A stretch of DNA of 64,000 nt, taken from Auanema rhodensis (taxonomy: Eukaryota > Animalia > Nematoda). The notes beneath the pieces were generated by a model, which did not search any database, had not been told where the DNA came from, and saw only the letters and a program-made list of their open reading frames with translations. The position numbers and the translations under genes were made by a program. Where the stretch lies: the NCBI GenBank assembly GCA_964057225.1, contig OZ059899.1, positions 20,708,001 through 20,772,000 of the forward strand, read 5' to 3'. Of this stretch, positions 17,301-32,300 are shown one piece after another (the first letter of the stretch is position 1; each line of letters opens with the position of its first letter).

Positions 17301-20300
17301 TTGAAAAAAGATGCATTAGTGTATGTTGAGTTTCCATGTACACTCAACATTGCTTCCCAAAACATTTTTACAAAAATTTTTCCGAAAAATTTCGAAATAA
17401 TTTCGCAAAAAGTAGATGTTTTTAGATTCCTTTTTTCAAGGCAAAGACGATGGACATTGTTATTCAACGAAAAAATTGATTCTGCAGGGTGAAAATCGAG
17501 GATATAAGTGTGAACTTATATCAGTTGATATCTCGGTGCATTTTTAAGCTAGCGCAAATCTGATAACACAGATCGACGCAGCTTAAAAATCCGCATCGAA
17601 TGCACTATACTACATTGAAAAACGCTTAATACAAAAATTAGTTATGATCGTTTGAAAAAAGATGCATTAGTGTATGTTGAGTTTCCATGTACACTCAACA
17701 TTGCTTCCAAAAACATTTTTACAAAAATTTTTCCGAAAAATTTCGAAATAATTTCGCAAAAAGTAGATGTTTTTAGATTCCTTTTTTCAAGGCAAAGACG
17801 ATGGACATTGTTATTCAACGAAAAAATTGATTCTGCAGGGTGAAAATCGAGGATATAAGTGTGAACTTATATCAGTTGATATCTCGGTGCATTTTTAAGC
17901 TAGCGCAAATCTGATAACACAGATCGACGCAGCTTAAAAATCCGCATCGAATGCACTATACTACATTGAAAAACACTTAATACAAAAATTAGTTATGATC
18001 GTTTGAAAAAAGATGCATTAGTGTATGTTGAGTTTCCATGTACACTCAACATTGCTTCCAAAAACATTTTTACAAAAATTTTTCCGAAAAATTTCGAAAT
18101 AATTTCGCAAAAAGTAAATGTTTTTAGATTCCTTTCTCCAAGGCAAAGACGATGGACAATGTTATTCAACGAAAAAATTAATTCTGCAGGGTGGAAATCG
18201 AGGATATAAGTGTGAACTTATATCAGATGATATCTCGGTGCATTTTTAAGCTAGCGCAAATCTGATAACACAGATCGACGCAGCTTAAAAATCCGCATCG
18301 AATGCACTATACTACATTGAAAAACGCTTAATACAAAAATTAGTTATGATCGTTTGAAAAAAGATGCATTAGTGTATGTTGAGTTTCCATGTACACTCAA
18401 CATTGCTTCCAAAAACATTTTGACAAAAATTTTTCCGAAAAATTTCAAAATAATTTCGCAAAAAGTAGATGTTTTTAGATTCCTTTTTTCAAGGCAAAGA
18501 CGATGGACATTGTTATTCAACGAAAAAATTGATTCTGCAGGGTGAAAATCGAGGATATAAGTGTGAACTTATATCAGTTGATATCTCGGTGCATTTTTAA
18601 GCTAGCGCAAATCTGATAACACAGATCGACGCAGCTTAAAAATCCGCATCGAATGCACTATACAACATTGAGAAACGCTTAACACAAAAATTAGTTATGA
18701 TCGTTTGAAAAATGATGCATTAGTGTATGTTGAGTTTCCATGTACACTCAACATTGCTTCCAAAAACATTTTTACAAAAATTTTTCCGAAAAATTTCGAA
18801 ATAATTTCGCAAAAAGTAAATGTTTTTAGATTCCTTTCTCCAAGGCAAAGACGATGGACAATGTTATTCAACGAAAAAATTAATTCTGCAGGGTGAAAAT
18901 CGAGGATATAAGTGTGAACTTATATCAGTTGATATCTCGGTGCATTTTTAAGCTAGCGCAAATCTGATAACACAGATCGACGCAGCTTAAAAATCCGCAT
19001 CGAATGCACTATACTACATTGAAAAACGCTTAATACAAAAATTAGTTATGATCGTTTGAAAAAAGATGCATTAGTGTATGTTGAGTTTCCATGTACACTC
19101 AACATTGCTTCCAAAAACATTTTTACAAAAATTTTTCCGAAAAATTTCGAAATAATTTCGCAAAAAGTAGATGTTTTTAGATTCCTTTTTTCAAGGCAAA
19201 GACGATGGACATTGTTATTCAACGAAAAAATTGATTCTGCAGGGTGAAAATCGAGGATATAAGTGTGAACTTATATCAGTTGATATCTCGGTGCATTTTT
19301 AAGCTAGCGCAAATCTGATAACACAGATCGACGCAGCTTAAAAATCCGCATCGAATGCACTATACTACATTGAAAAACGCTTAATACAAAAATTAGTTAT
19401 GATCGTTTGAAAAAAGATGCATTAGTGTATGTTGAGTTTCCATGTACACTCAACATTGCTTCCAAAAACATTTTGACAAAAATTTTTCCGAAAAATTTCA
19501 AAATAATTTCGCAAAAAGTAGATGTTTTTAGATTCCTTTTTTCAAGGCAAAGACGATGGACATTGTTATTCAACGAAAAAATTGATTCTGCAGGGTGAAA
19601 ATCGAGGATATAAGTGTGAACTTATATCAGTTGATATCTCGGTGCATTTTTAAGCTAGCGCAAATCTGATAACACAGATCGACGCAGCTTAAAAATCCGC
19701 ATCGAATGCACTATACAACATTGAGAAACGCTTAACACAAAAATTAGTTATGATCGTTTGAAAAATGATGCATTAGTGTATGTTGAGTTTCCATGTACAC
19801 TCAACATTGCTTCCCAAAACATTTTTACAAAAATTTTTCCGAAAAATTTCGAAATAATTTCGCAAAAAGTAGATGTTTTTAGATTCCTTTTTTCAAGGCA
19901 AAGACGATGGACATTGTTATTCAACGAAAAAATTGATTCTGCAGGGTGAAAATCGAGGATATAAGTGTGAACTTATATCAGTTGATATCTCGGTGCATTT
20001 TTAAGCTAGCGCAAATCTGATAACACAGATCGACGCAGCTTAAAAATCCGCATCGAATGCACTATACTACATTGAAAAACGCTTAATACAAAAATTAGTT
20101 ATGATCGTTTGAAAAAAGATGCATTAGTGTATGTTGAGTTTCCATGTACACTCAACATTGCTTCCAAAAACATTTTGACAAAAATTTTTCCGAAAAATTT
20201 CAAAATAATTTCGCAAAAAGTAGATGTTTTTAGATTCCTTTTTTCAAGGCAAAGACGATGGACATTGTTATTCAACGAAAAAATTGATTCTGCAGGGTGA

Positions 20301-23300
20301 AAATCGAGGATATAAGTGTGAACTTATATCAGTTGATATCTCGGTGCATTTTTAAGCTAGCGCAAATCTGATAACACAGATCGACGCAGCTTAAAAATCC
20401 GCATCGAATGCACTATACAACATTGAGAAACGCTTAACACAAAAATTAGTTATGATCGTTTGAAAAATGATGCATTAGTGTATGTTGAGTTTCCATGTAC
20501 ACTCAACATTGCTTCCCAAAACATTTTTACAAAAATTTTTCCGAAAAATTTCGAAATAATTTCGCAAAAAGTAGATGTTTTTAGATTCCTTTTTTCAAGG
20601 CAAAGACGATGGACATTGTTATTCAACGAAAAAATTGATTCTGCAGGGTGAAAATCGAGGATATAAGTGTGAACTTATATCAGTTGATATCTCGGTGCAT
20701 TTTTAAGCTAGCGCAAATCTGATAACACAGATCGACGCAGCTTAAAAATCCGCATCGAATGCACTATACTACATTGAAAAACGCTTAATACAAAAATTAG
20801 TTATGATCGTTTGAAAAAAGATGCATTAGTGTATGTTGAGTTTCCATGTACACTCAACATTGCTTCCAAAAACATTTTGACAAAAATTTTTCCGAAAAAT
20901 TTCAAAATAATTTCGCAAAAAGTAGATGTTTTTAGATTCCTTTTTTCAAGGCAAAGACGATGGACATTGTTATTCAACGAAAAAATTGATTCTGCAGGGT
21001 GAAAATCGAGGATATAAGTGTGAACTTATATCAGTTGATATCTCGGTGCATTTTTAAGCTAGCGCAAATCTGATAACACAGATCGACGCAGCTTAAAAAT
21101 CCGCATCGAATGCACTATACAACATTGAGAAACGCTTAACACAAAAATTAGTTATGATCGTTTGAAAAATGATGCATTAGTGTATGTTGAGTTTCCATGT
21201 ACACTCAACATTGCTTCCCAAAACATTTTTACAAAAATTTTTCCGAAAAATTTCGAAATAATTTCGCAAAAAGTAGATGTTTTTAGATTCCTTTTTTCAA
21301 GGCAAAGACGATGGACATTGTTATTCAACGAAAAAATTGATTCTGCAGGGTGAAAATCGAGGATATAAGTGTGAACTTATATCAGTTGATATCTCGGTGC
21401 ATTTTTAAGCTAGCGCAAATCTGATAACACAGATCGACGCAGCTTAAAAATCCGCATCGAATGCACTATACTACATTGAAAAACGCTTAATACAAAAATT
21501 AGTTATGATCGTTTGAAAAAAGATGCATTAGTGTATGTTGAGTTTCCATGTACACTCAACATTGCTTCCAAAAACATTTTTACAAAAATTTTTCCGAAAA
21601 ATTTCGAAATAATTTCGCAAAAAGTAGATGTTTTTAGATTCCTTTTTTCAAGGCAAAGACGATGGACATTGTTATTCAACGAAAAAATTGATTCTGCAGG
21701 GTGAAAATCGAGGATATAAGTGTGAACTTATATCAGTTGATATCTCGGTGCATTTTTAAGCTAGCGCAAATCTGATAACACAGATCGACGCAGCTTAAAA
21801 ATCCGCATCGAATGCACTATACTACATTGAAAAACGCTTAATACAAAAATTAGTTATGATCGTTTGAAAAAAGATGCATTAGTGTATGTTGAGTTTCCAT
21901 GTACACTCAACATTGCTTCCAAAAACATTTTTACAAAAATTTTTCCGAAAAATTTCGAAATAATTTCGCAAAAAGTAAATGTTTTTAGATTCCTTTCTCC
22001 AAGGCAAAGACGATGGACAATGTTATTCAACGAAAAAATTAATTCTGCAGGGTGAAAATCGAGGATATAAGTGTGAACTTATATCAGATGATATCTCGGT
22101 GCATTTTTAAGCTAGCGCAAATCTGATAACACAGATCGACGCAGCTTAAAAATCCGCATCGAATGCACTATACTACATTGAAAAACGCTTAATACAAAAA
22201 TTAGTTATGATCGTTTGAAAAAAGATGCATTAGTGTATGTTGAGTTTCCATGTACACTCAACATTGCTTCCAAAAACATTTTGACAAAAATTTTTCCGAA
22301 AAATTTCAAAATAATTTCGCAAAAAGTAGATGTTTTTAGATTCCTTTTTTCAAGGCAAAGACGATGGACATTGTTATTCAACGAAAAAATTGATTCTGCA
22401 GGGTGAAAATCGAGGATATAAGTGTGAACTTATATCAGTTGATATCTCGGTGCATTTTTAAGCTAGCGCAAATCTGATAACACAGATCGACGCAGCTTAA
22501 AAATCCGCATCGAATGCACTATACAACATTGAGAAACGCTTAACACAAAAATTAGTTATGATCGTTTGAAAAATGATGCATTAGTGTATGTTGAGTTTCC
22601 ATGTACACTCAACATTGCTTCCAAAAACATTTTTACAAAAATTTTTCCGAAAAATTTCGAAATAATTTCGCAAAAAGTAAATGTTTTTAGATTCCTTTCT
22701 CCAAGGCAAAGACGATGGACAATGTTATTCAACGAAAAAATTAATTCTGCAGGGTGAAAATCGAGGATATAAGTGTGAACTTATATCAGTTGATATCTCG
22801 GTGCATTTTTAAGCTAGCGCAAATCTGATAACACAGATCGACGCAGCTTAAAAATCCGCATCGAATGCACTATACTACATTGAAAAACGCTTAATACAAA
22901 AATTAGTTATGATCGTTTGAAAAAAGATGCATTAGTGTATGTTGAGTTTCCATGTACACTCAACATTGCTTCCAAAAACATTTTTACAAAAATTTTTCCG
23001 AAAAATTTCGAAATAATTTCGCAAAAAGTAGATGTTTTTAGATTCCTTTTTTCAAGGCAAAGACGATGGACATTGTTATTCAACGAAAAAATTGATTCTG
23101 CAGGGTGAAAATCGAGGATATAAGTGTGAACTTATATCAGATGATATCTCGGTGCATTTTTAAGCTAGCGCAAATCTGATAACACAGATCGACGCAGCTT
23201 AAAAATCCGCATCGAATGCACTATACAACATTGAGAAACGCTTAACACAAAAATTAGTTATGATCGTTTGAAAAATGATGCATTAGTGTATGTTGAGTTT

Positions 23301-26300
23301 CCATGTACACTCAACATTGCTTCCCAAAACATTTTTACAAAAATTTTTCCGAAAAATTTCGAAATAATTTCGCAAAAAGTAGATGTTTTTAGATTCCTTT
23401 TTTCAAGGCAAAGACGATGGACATTGTTATTCAACGAAAAAATTGATTCTGCAGGGTGAAAATCGAGGATATAAGTGTGAACTTATATCAGTTGATATCT
23501 CGGTGCATTTTTAAGCTAGCGCAAATCTGATAACACAGATCGACGCAGCTTAAAAATCCGCATCGAATGCACTATACTACATTGAAAAACGCTTAATACA
23601 AAAATTAGTTATGATCGTTTGAAAAAAGATGCATTAGTGTATGTTGAGTTTCCATGTACACTCAACATTGCTTCCAAAAACATTTTTACAAAAATTTTTC
23701 CGAAAAATTTCGAAATAATTTCGCAAAAAGTAAATGTTTTTAGATTCCTTTCTCCAAGGCAAAGACGATGGACAATGTTATTCAACGAAAAAATTAATTC
23801 TGCAGGGTGAAAATCGAGGATATAAGTGTGAACTTATATCAGTTGATATCTCGGTGCATTTTTAAGCTAGCGCAAATCTGATAACACAGATCGACGCAGC
23901 TTAAAAATCCGCATCGAATGCACTATACTACATTGAAAAACGCTTAATACAAAAATTAGTTATGATCGTTTGAAAAAAGATGCATTAGTGTATGTTGAGT
24001 TTCCATGTACACTCAACATTGCTTCCAAAAACATTTTTACAAAAATTTTTCCGAAAAATTTCGAAATAATTTCGCAAAAAGTAGATGTTTTTAGATTCCT
24101 TTTTTCAAGGCAAAGACGATGGACATTGTTATTCAACGAAAAAATTGATTCTGCAGGGTGAAAATCGAGGATATAAGTGTGAACTTATATCAGATGATAT
24201 CTCGGTGCATTTTTAAGCTAGCGCAAATCTGATAACACAGATCGACGCAGCTTAAAAATCCGCATCGAATGCACTATACAACATTGAGAAACGCTTAACA
24301 CAAAAATTAGTTATGATCGTTTGAAAAATGATGCATTAGTGTATGTTGAGTTTCCATGTACACTCAACATTGCTTCCCAAAACATTTTTACAAAAATTTT
24401 TCCGAAAAATTTCAAAATAATTTCGCAAAAAGTAGATGTTTTTAGATTCCTTTTTTCAAGGCAAAGACGATGGACATTGTTATTCAACGAAAAAATTGAT
24501 TCTGCAGGGTGAAAATCGAGGATATAAGTGTGAACTTATATCAGTTGATATCTCGGTGCATTTTTAAGCTAGCGCAAATCTGATAACACAGATCGACGCA
24601 GCTTAAAAATCCGCATCGAATGCACTATACTACATTGAAAAACGCTTAATACAAAAATTAGTTATGATCGTTTGAAAAAAGATGCATTAGTGTATGTTGA
24701 GTTTCCATGTACACTCAACATTGCTTCCAAAAACATTTTTACAAAAATTTTTCCGAAAAATTTCGAAATAATTTCGCAAAAAGTAGATGTTTTTAGATTC
24801 CTTTTTTCAAGGCAAAGACGATGGACATTGTTATTCAACGAAAAAATTGATTCTGCAGGGTGAAAATCGAGGATATAAGTGTAAACTTATATCAGTTGAT
24901 ATCTCGGTGCATTTTTAAGCTAGCGCAAATCTGATAACACAGATCGACGCAGCTTAAAAATCCGCATCGAATGCACTATACTACATTGAAAAACGCTTAA
25001 TACAAAAATTAGTTATGATCGTTTGAAAAAAGATGCATTAGTGTATGTTGAGTTTCCATGTACACTCAACATTGCTTCCAAAAACATTTTTACAAAAATT
25101 TTTCCGAAAAATTTCGAAATAATTTCGCAAAAAGTAAATGTTTTTAGATTCCTTTCTCCAAGGCAAAGACGATGGACAATGTTATTCAACGAAAAAATTA
25201 ATTCTGCAGGGTGAAAATCGAGGATATAAGTGTGAACTTATATCAGTTGATATCTCGGTGCATTTTTAAGCTAGCGCAAATCTGATAACACAGATCGACG
25301 CAGCTTAAAAATCCGCATCGAATGCACTATACTACATTGAAAAACGCTTAATACAAAAATTAGTTATGATCGTTTGAAAAAAGATGCATTAGTGTATGTT
25401 GAGTTTCCATGTACACTCAACATTGCTTCCAAAAACATTTTTACAAAAATTTTTCCGAAAAATTTCGAAATAATTTCGCAAAAAGTAGATGTTTTTAGAT
25501 TCCTTTTTTCAAGGCAAAGACGATGGACATTGTTATTCAACGAAAAAATTGATTCTGCAGGGTGAAAATCGAGGATATAAGTGTGAACTTATATCAGATG
25601 ATATCTCGGTGCATTTTTAAGCTAGCGCAAATCTGATAACACAGATCGACGCAGCTTAAAAATCCGCATCGAATGCTTTATACAACATTGAGAAACGCTT
25701 AACACAAAAATTAGTTATGATCGTTTGAAAAATGATGCATTAGTGTATGTTGAGTTTCCATGTACACTCAACATTGCTTCCCAAAACATTTTTACAAAAA
25801 TTTTTCCGAAAAATTTCGAAATAATTTCGCAAAAAGTAGATGTTTTTAGATTCCTTTTTTCAAGGCAAAGACGATGGACATTGTTATTCAACGAAAAAAT
25901 TGATTCTGCAGGGTGAAAATCGAGGATATAAGTGTGAACTTATATCAGTTGATATCTCGGTGCATTTTTAAGCTAGCGCAAATCTGATAACACAGATCGA
26001 CGCAGCTTAAAAATCCGCATCGAATGCACTATACTACATTGAAAAACGCTTAATACAAAAATTAGTTATGATCGTTTGAAAAAAGATGCATTAGTGTATG
26101 TTGAGTTTCCATGTACACTCAACATTGCTTCCAAAAACATTTTTACAAAAATTTTTCCGAAAAATTTCGAAATAATTTCGCAAAAAGTAAATGTTTTTAG
26201 ATTCCTTTCTCCAAGGCAAAGACGATGGACAATGTTATTCAACGAAAAAATTAATTCTGCAGGGTGAAAATCGAGGATATAAGTGTGAACTTATATCAGA

Positions 26301-29300
26301 TGATATCTCGGTGCATTTTTAAGCTAGCGCAAATCTGATAACACAGATCGACGCAGCTTAAAAATCCGCATCGAATGCACTATACTACATTGAAAAACGC
26401 TTAATACAAAAATTAGTTATGATCGTTTGAAAAAAGATGCATTAGTGTATGTTGAGTTTCCATGTACACTCAACATTGCTTCCAAAAACATTTTGACAAA
26501 AATTTTTCCGAAAAATTTCAAAATAATTTCGCAAAAAGTAGATGTTTTTAGATTCCTTTTTTCAAGGCAAAGACGATGGACATTGTTATTCAACGAAAAA
26601 ATTGATTCTGCAGGGTGAAAATCGAGGATATAAGTGTGAACTTATATCAGTTGATATCTCGGTGCATTTTTAAGCTAGCGCAAATCTGATAACACAGATC
26701 GACGCAGCTTAAAAATCCGCATCGAATGCACTATACAACATTGAGAAACGCTTAACACAAAAATTAGTTATGATCGTTTGAAAAATGATGCATTAGTGTA
26801 TGTTGAGTTTCCATGTACACTCAACATTGCTTCCAAAAACATTTTTACAAAAATTTTTCCGAAAAATTTCGAAATAATTTCGCAAAAAGTAAATGTTTTT
26901 AGATTCCTTTCTCCAAGGCAAAGACGATGGACAATGTTATTCAACGAAAAAATTAATTCTGCAGGGTGAAAATCGAGGATATAAGTGTGAACTTATATCA
27001 GTTGATATCTCGGTGCATTTTTAAGCTAGCGCAAATCTGATAACACAGATCGACGCAGCTTAAAAATCCGCATCGAATGCACTATACTACATTGAAAAAC
27101 GCTTAATACAAAAATTAGTTATGATCGTTTGAAAAAAGATGCATTAGTGTATGTTGAGTTTCCATGTACACTCAACATTGCTTCCAAAAACATTTTTACA
27201 AAAATTTTTCCGAAAAATTTCGAAATAATTTCGCAAAAAGTAGATGTTTTTAGATTCCTTTTTTCAAGGCAAAGACGATGGACATTGTTATTCAACGAAA
27301 AAATTGATTCTGCAGGGTGAAAATCGAGGATATAAGTGTGAACTTATATCAGTTGATATCTCGGTGCATTTTTAAGCTAGCGCAAATCTGATAACACAGA
27401 TCGACGCAGCTTAAAAATCCGCATCGAATGCACTATACTACATTGAAAAACGCTTAATACAAAAATTAGTTATGATCGTTTGAAAAAAGATGCATTAGTG
27501 TATGTTGAGTTTCCATGTACACTCAACATTGCTTCCAAAAACATTTTGACAAAAATTTTTCCGAAAAATTTCAAAATAATTTCGCAAAAAGTAGATGTTT
27601 TTAGATTCCTTTTTTCAAGGCAAAGACGATGGACATTGTTATTCAACGAAAAAATTGATTCTGCAGGGTGAAAATCGAGGATATAAGTGTGAACTTATAT
27701 CAGTTGATATCTCGGTGCATTTTTAAGCTAGCGCAAATCTGATAACACAGATCGACGCAGCTTAAAAATCCGCATCGAATGCACTATACAACATTGAGAA
27801 ACGCTTAACACAAAAATTAGTTATGATCGTTTGAAAAATGATGCATTAGTGTATGTTGAGTTTCCATGTACACTCAACATTGCTTCCAAAAACATTTTTA
27901 CAAAAATTTTTCCGAAAAATTTCGAAATAATTTCGCAAAAAGTAAATGTTTTTAGATTCCTTTCTCCAAGGCAAAGACGATGGACAATGTTATTCAACGA
28001 AAAAATTAATTCTGCAGGGTGAAAATCGAGGATATAAGTGTGAACTTATATCAGTTGATATCTCGGTGCATTTTTAAGCTAGCGCAAATCTGATAACACA
28101 GATCGACGCAGCTTAAAAATCCGCATCGAATGCACTATACTACATTGAAAAACGCTTAATACAAAAATTAGTTATGATCGTTTGAAAAAAGATGCATTAG
28201 TGTATGTTGAGTTTCCATGTACACTCAACATTGCTTCCCAAAACATTTTTACAAAAATTTTTCCGAAAAATTTCGAAATAATTTCGCAAAAAGTAGATGT
28301 TTTTAGATTCCTTTTTTCAAGGCAAAGACGATGGACATTGTTATTCAACGAAAAAATGGATTCTGCAGGGTGAAAATCGAGGATATAAGTGTGAACTTAT
28401 ATCAGTTGATATCTCGGTGCATTTTTAAGCTAGCGCAAATCTGATAACACAGATCGACGCAGCTTAAAAATCCGCATCGAATGCACTATACTACATTGAA
28501 AAACGCTTAATACAAAAATTAGTTATGATCGTTTGAAAAAAGATGCATTAGTGTATGTTGAGTTTCCATGTACACTCAACATTGCTTCCAAAAACATTTT
28601 TACAAAAATTTTTCCGAAAAATTTCGAAATAATTTCGCAAAAAGTAAATGTTTTTAGATTCCTTTCTCCAAGGCAAAGACGATGGACAATGTTATTCAAC
28701 GAAAAAATTCTGCAGGGTGAAAATCGAGGATATAAGTGTGAACTTATATCAGATGATATCTCGGTGCATTTTTAAGCTAGCGCAAATCTGATAACACAGA
28801 TCGACGCAGCTTAAAAATCCGCATCGAATGCACTATACTACATTGAAAAACGCTTAATACAAAAATTAGTTATGATCGTTTGAAAAAAGATGCATTAGTG
28901 TATGTTGAGTTTCCATGTAAACTCAACATTGCTTCCCAAAACATTTTTACAAAAATTTTTCCGAAAAATTTCAAAATAATTTCGCAAAAAGTAGATGTTT
29001 TTAGATTCCTTTTTTCAAGGCAAAGACGATGGACATTGTTATTCAACGAAAAAATTGATTCTGCAGGGTGAAAATCGAGGATATAAGTGTGAACTTATAT
29101 CAGTTGATATCTCGGTGCATTTTTAAGCTAGCGCAAATCTGATAACACAGATCGACGCAGCTTAAAAATCCGCATCGAATGCACTATACTACATTGAAAA
29201 ACGCTTAATACAAAAATTAGTTATGATCGTTTGAAAAAAGATGCATTAGTGTATGTTGAGTTTCCATGTACACTCAACATTGCTTCCAAAAACATTTTTA

Positions 29301-32300
29301 CAAAAATTTTTCCGAAAAATTTCGAAATAATTTCGCAAAAAGTAGATGTTTTTAGATTCCTTTTTTCAAGGCAAAGACGATGGACATTGTTATTCAACGA
29401 AAAAATTGATTCTGCAGGGTGAAAATCGAGGATATAAGTGTGAACTTATATAAGTTGATATCTCGGTGCATTTTTAAGCTAGCGCAAATCTGATAACACA
29501 GATCGACGCAGCTTAAAAATCCGCATCGAATGCACTATACTACATTGAAAAACGCTTAATACAAAAATTAGTTATGATCGTTTGAAAAAAGATGCATTAG
29601 TGTATGTTGAGTTTCCATGTACACTCAACATTGCTTCCAAAAACATTTTTACAAAAATTTTTCCGAAAAATTTCGAAATAATTTCGCAAAAAGTAAATGT
29701 TTTTAGATTCCTTTCTCCAAGGCAAAGACGATGGACAATGTTATTCAACGAAAAAATTAATTCTGCAGGGTGAAAATCGAGGATATAAGTGTGAACTTAT
29801 ATCAGATGATATCTCGGTGCATTTTTAAGCTAGCGCAAATCTGATAACACAGATCGACGCAGCTTAAAAATCCGCATCGAATGCACTATACTACATTGAA
29901 AAACGCTTAATACAAAAATTAGTTATGATCGTTTGAAAAAAGATGCATTAGTGTATGTTGAGTTTCCATGTACACTCAACATTGCTTCCAAAAACATTTT
30001 GACAAAAATTTTTCCGAAAAATTTCAAAATAATTTCGCAAAAAGTAGATGTTTTTAGATTCCTTTTTTCAAGGCAAAGACGATGGACATTGTTATTCAAC
30101 GAAAAAATTGATTCTGCAGGGTGAAAATCGAGGATATAAGTGTGAACTTATATCAGTTGATATCTCGGTGCATTTTTAAGCTAGCGCAAATCTGATAACA
30201 CAGATCGACGCAGCTTAAAAATCCGCATCGAATGCACTATACAACATTGAGAAACGCTTAACACAAAAATTAGTTATGATCGTTTGAAAAATGATGCATT
30301 AGTGTATGTTGAGTTTCCATGTACACTCAACATTGCTTCCAAAAACATTTTTACAAAAATTTTTCCGAAAAATTTCGAAATAATTTCGCAAAAAGTAAAT
30401 GTTTTTAGATTCCTTTCTCCAAGGCAAAGACGATGGACAATGTTATTCAACGAAAAAATTAATTCTGCAGGGTGAAAATCGAGGATATAAGTGTGAACTT
30501 ATATCAGTTGATATCTCGGTGCATTTTTAAGCTAGCGCAAATCTGATAACACAGATCGACGCAGCTTAAAAATCCGCATCGAATGCACTATACTACATTG
30601 AAAAACGCTTAATACAAAAATTAGTTATGATCGTTTGAAAAAAGATGCATTAGTGTATGTTGAGTTTCCATGTACACTCAACATTGCTTCCCAAAACATT
30701 TTTACAAAAATTTTTCCGAAAAATTTCGAAATAATTTCGCAAAAAGTAGATGTTTTTAGATTCCTTTTTTCAAGGCAAAGACGATGGACATTGTTATTCA
30801 ACGAAAAAATGGATTCTGCAGGGTGAAAATCGAGGATATAAGTGTGAACTTATATCAGTTGATATCTCGGTGCATTTTTAAGCTAGCGCAAATCTGATAA
30901 CACAGATCGACGCAGCTTAAAAATCCGCATCGAATGCACTATACTACATTGAAAAACGCTAAATACAAAAATTAGTTATGATCGTTTGAAAAAAGATGCA
31001 TTAGTGTATGTTGAGTTTCCATGTACACTCAACATTGCTTCCAAAAACATTTTTACAAAAATTTTTCCGAAAAATTTCGAAATAATTTCGCAAAAAGTAA
31101 ATGTTTTTAGATTCCTTTCTCCAAGGCAAAGACGATGGACAATGTTATTCAACGAAAAAATTCTGCAGGGTGAAAATCGAGGATATAAGTGTGAACTTAT
31201 ATCAGATGATATCTCGGTGCATTTTTAAGCTAGCGCAAATCTGATAACACAGATCGACGCAGCTTAAAAATCCGCATCGAATGCACTATACTACATTGAA
31301 AAACGCTTAATACAAAAATTAGTTATGATCGTTTGAAAAAAGATGCATTAGTGTATGTTGAGTTTCCATGTAAACTCAACATTGCTTCCCAAAACATTTT
31401 TACAAAAATTTTTCCGAAAAATTTCGAAATAATTTCGCAAAAAGTAGATGTTTTTAGATTCCTTTTTTCAAGGCAAAGACGATGGACATTGTTATTCAAC
31501 GAAAAAATTGATTCTGCAGGGTGAAAATCGAGGATATAAGTGTGAACTTATATCAGTTGATATCTCGGTGCATTTTTAAGCTAGCGCAAATCTGATAACA
31601 CAGATCGACGCAGCTTAAAAATCCGCATCGAATGCACTATACTACATTGAAAAACGCTTAATACAAAAATTAGTTATGATCGTTTGAAAAAAGATGCATT
31701 AGTGTATGTTGAGTTTCCATGTACACTCAACATTGCTTCCAAAAACATTTTTACAAAAATTTTTCCGAAAAATTTCGAAATAATTTCGCAAAAAGTAGAT
31801 GTTTTTAGATTCCTTTTTTCAAGGCAAAGACGATGGACATTGTTATTCAACGAAAAAATTGATTCTGCAGGGTGAAAATCGAGGATATAAGTGTGAACTT
31901 ATATAAGTTGATATCTCGGTGCATTTTTAAGCTAGCGCAAATCTGATAACACAGATCGACGCAGCTTAAAAATCCGCATCGAATGCACTATACTACATTG
32001 AAAAACGCTTAATACAAAAATTAGTTATGATCGTTTGAAAAAAGATGCATTAGTGTATGTTGAGTTTCCATGTACACTCAACATTGCTTCCAAAAACATT
32101 TTTACAAAAATTTTTCCGAAAAATTTCGAAATAATTTCGCAAAAAGTAAATGTTTTTAGATTCCTTTCTCCAAGGCAAAGACGATGGACAATGTTATTCA
32201 ACGAAAAAATTAATTCTGCAGGGTGAAAATCGAGGATATAAGTGTGAACTTATATCAGATGATATCTCGGTGCATTTTTAAGCTAGCGCAAATCTGATAA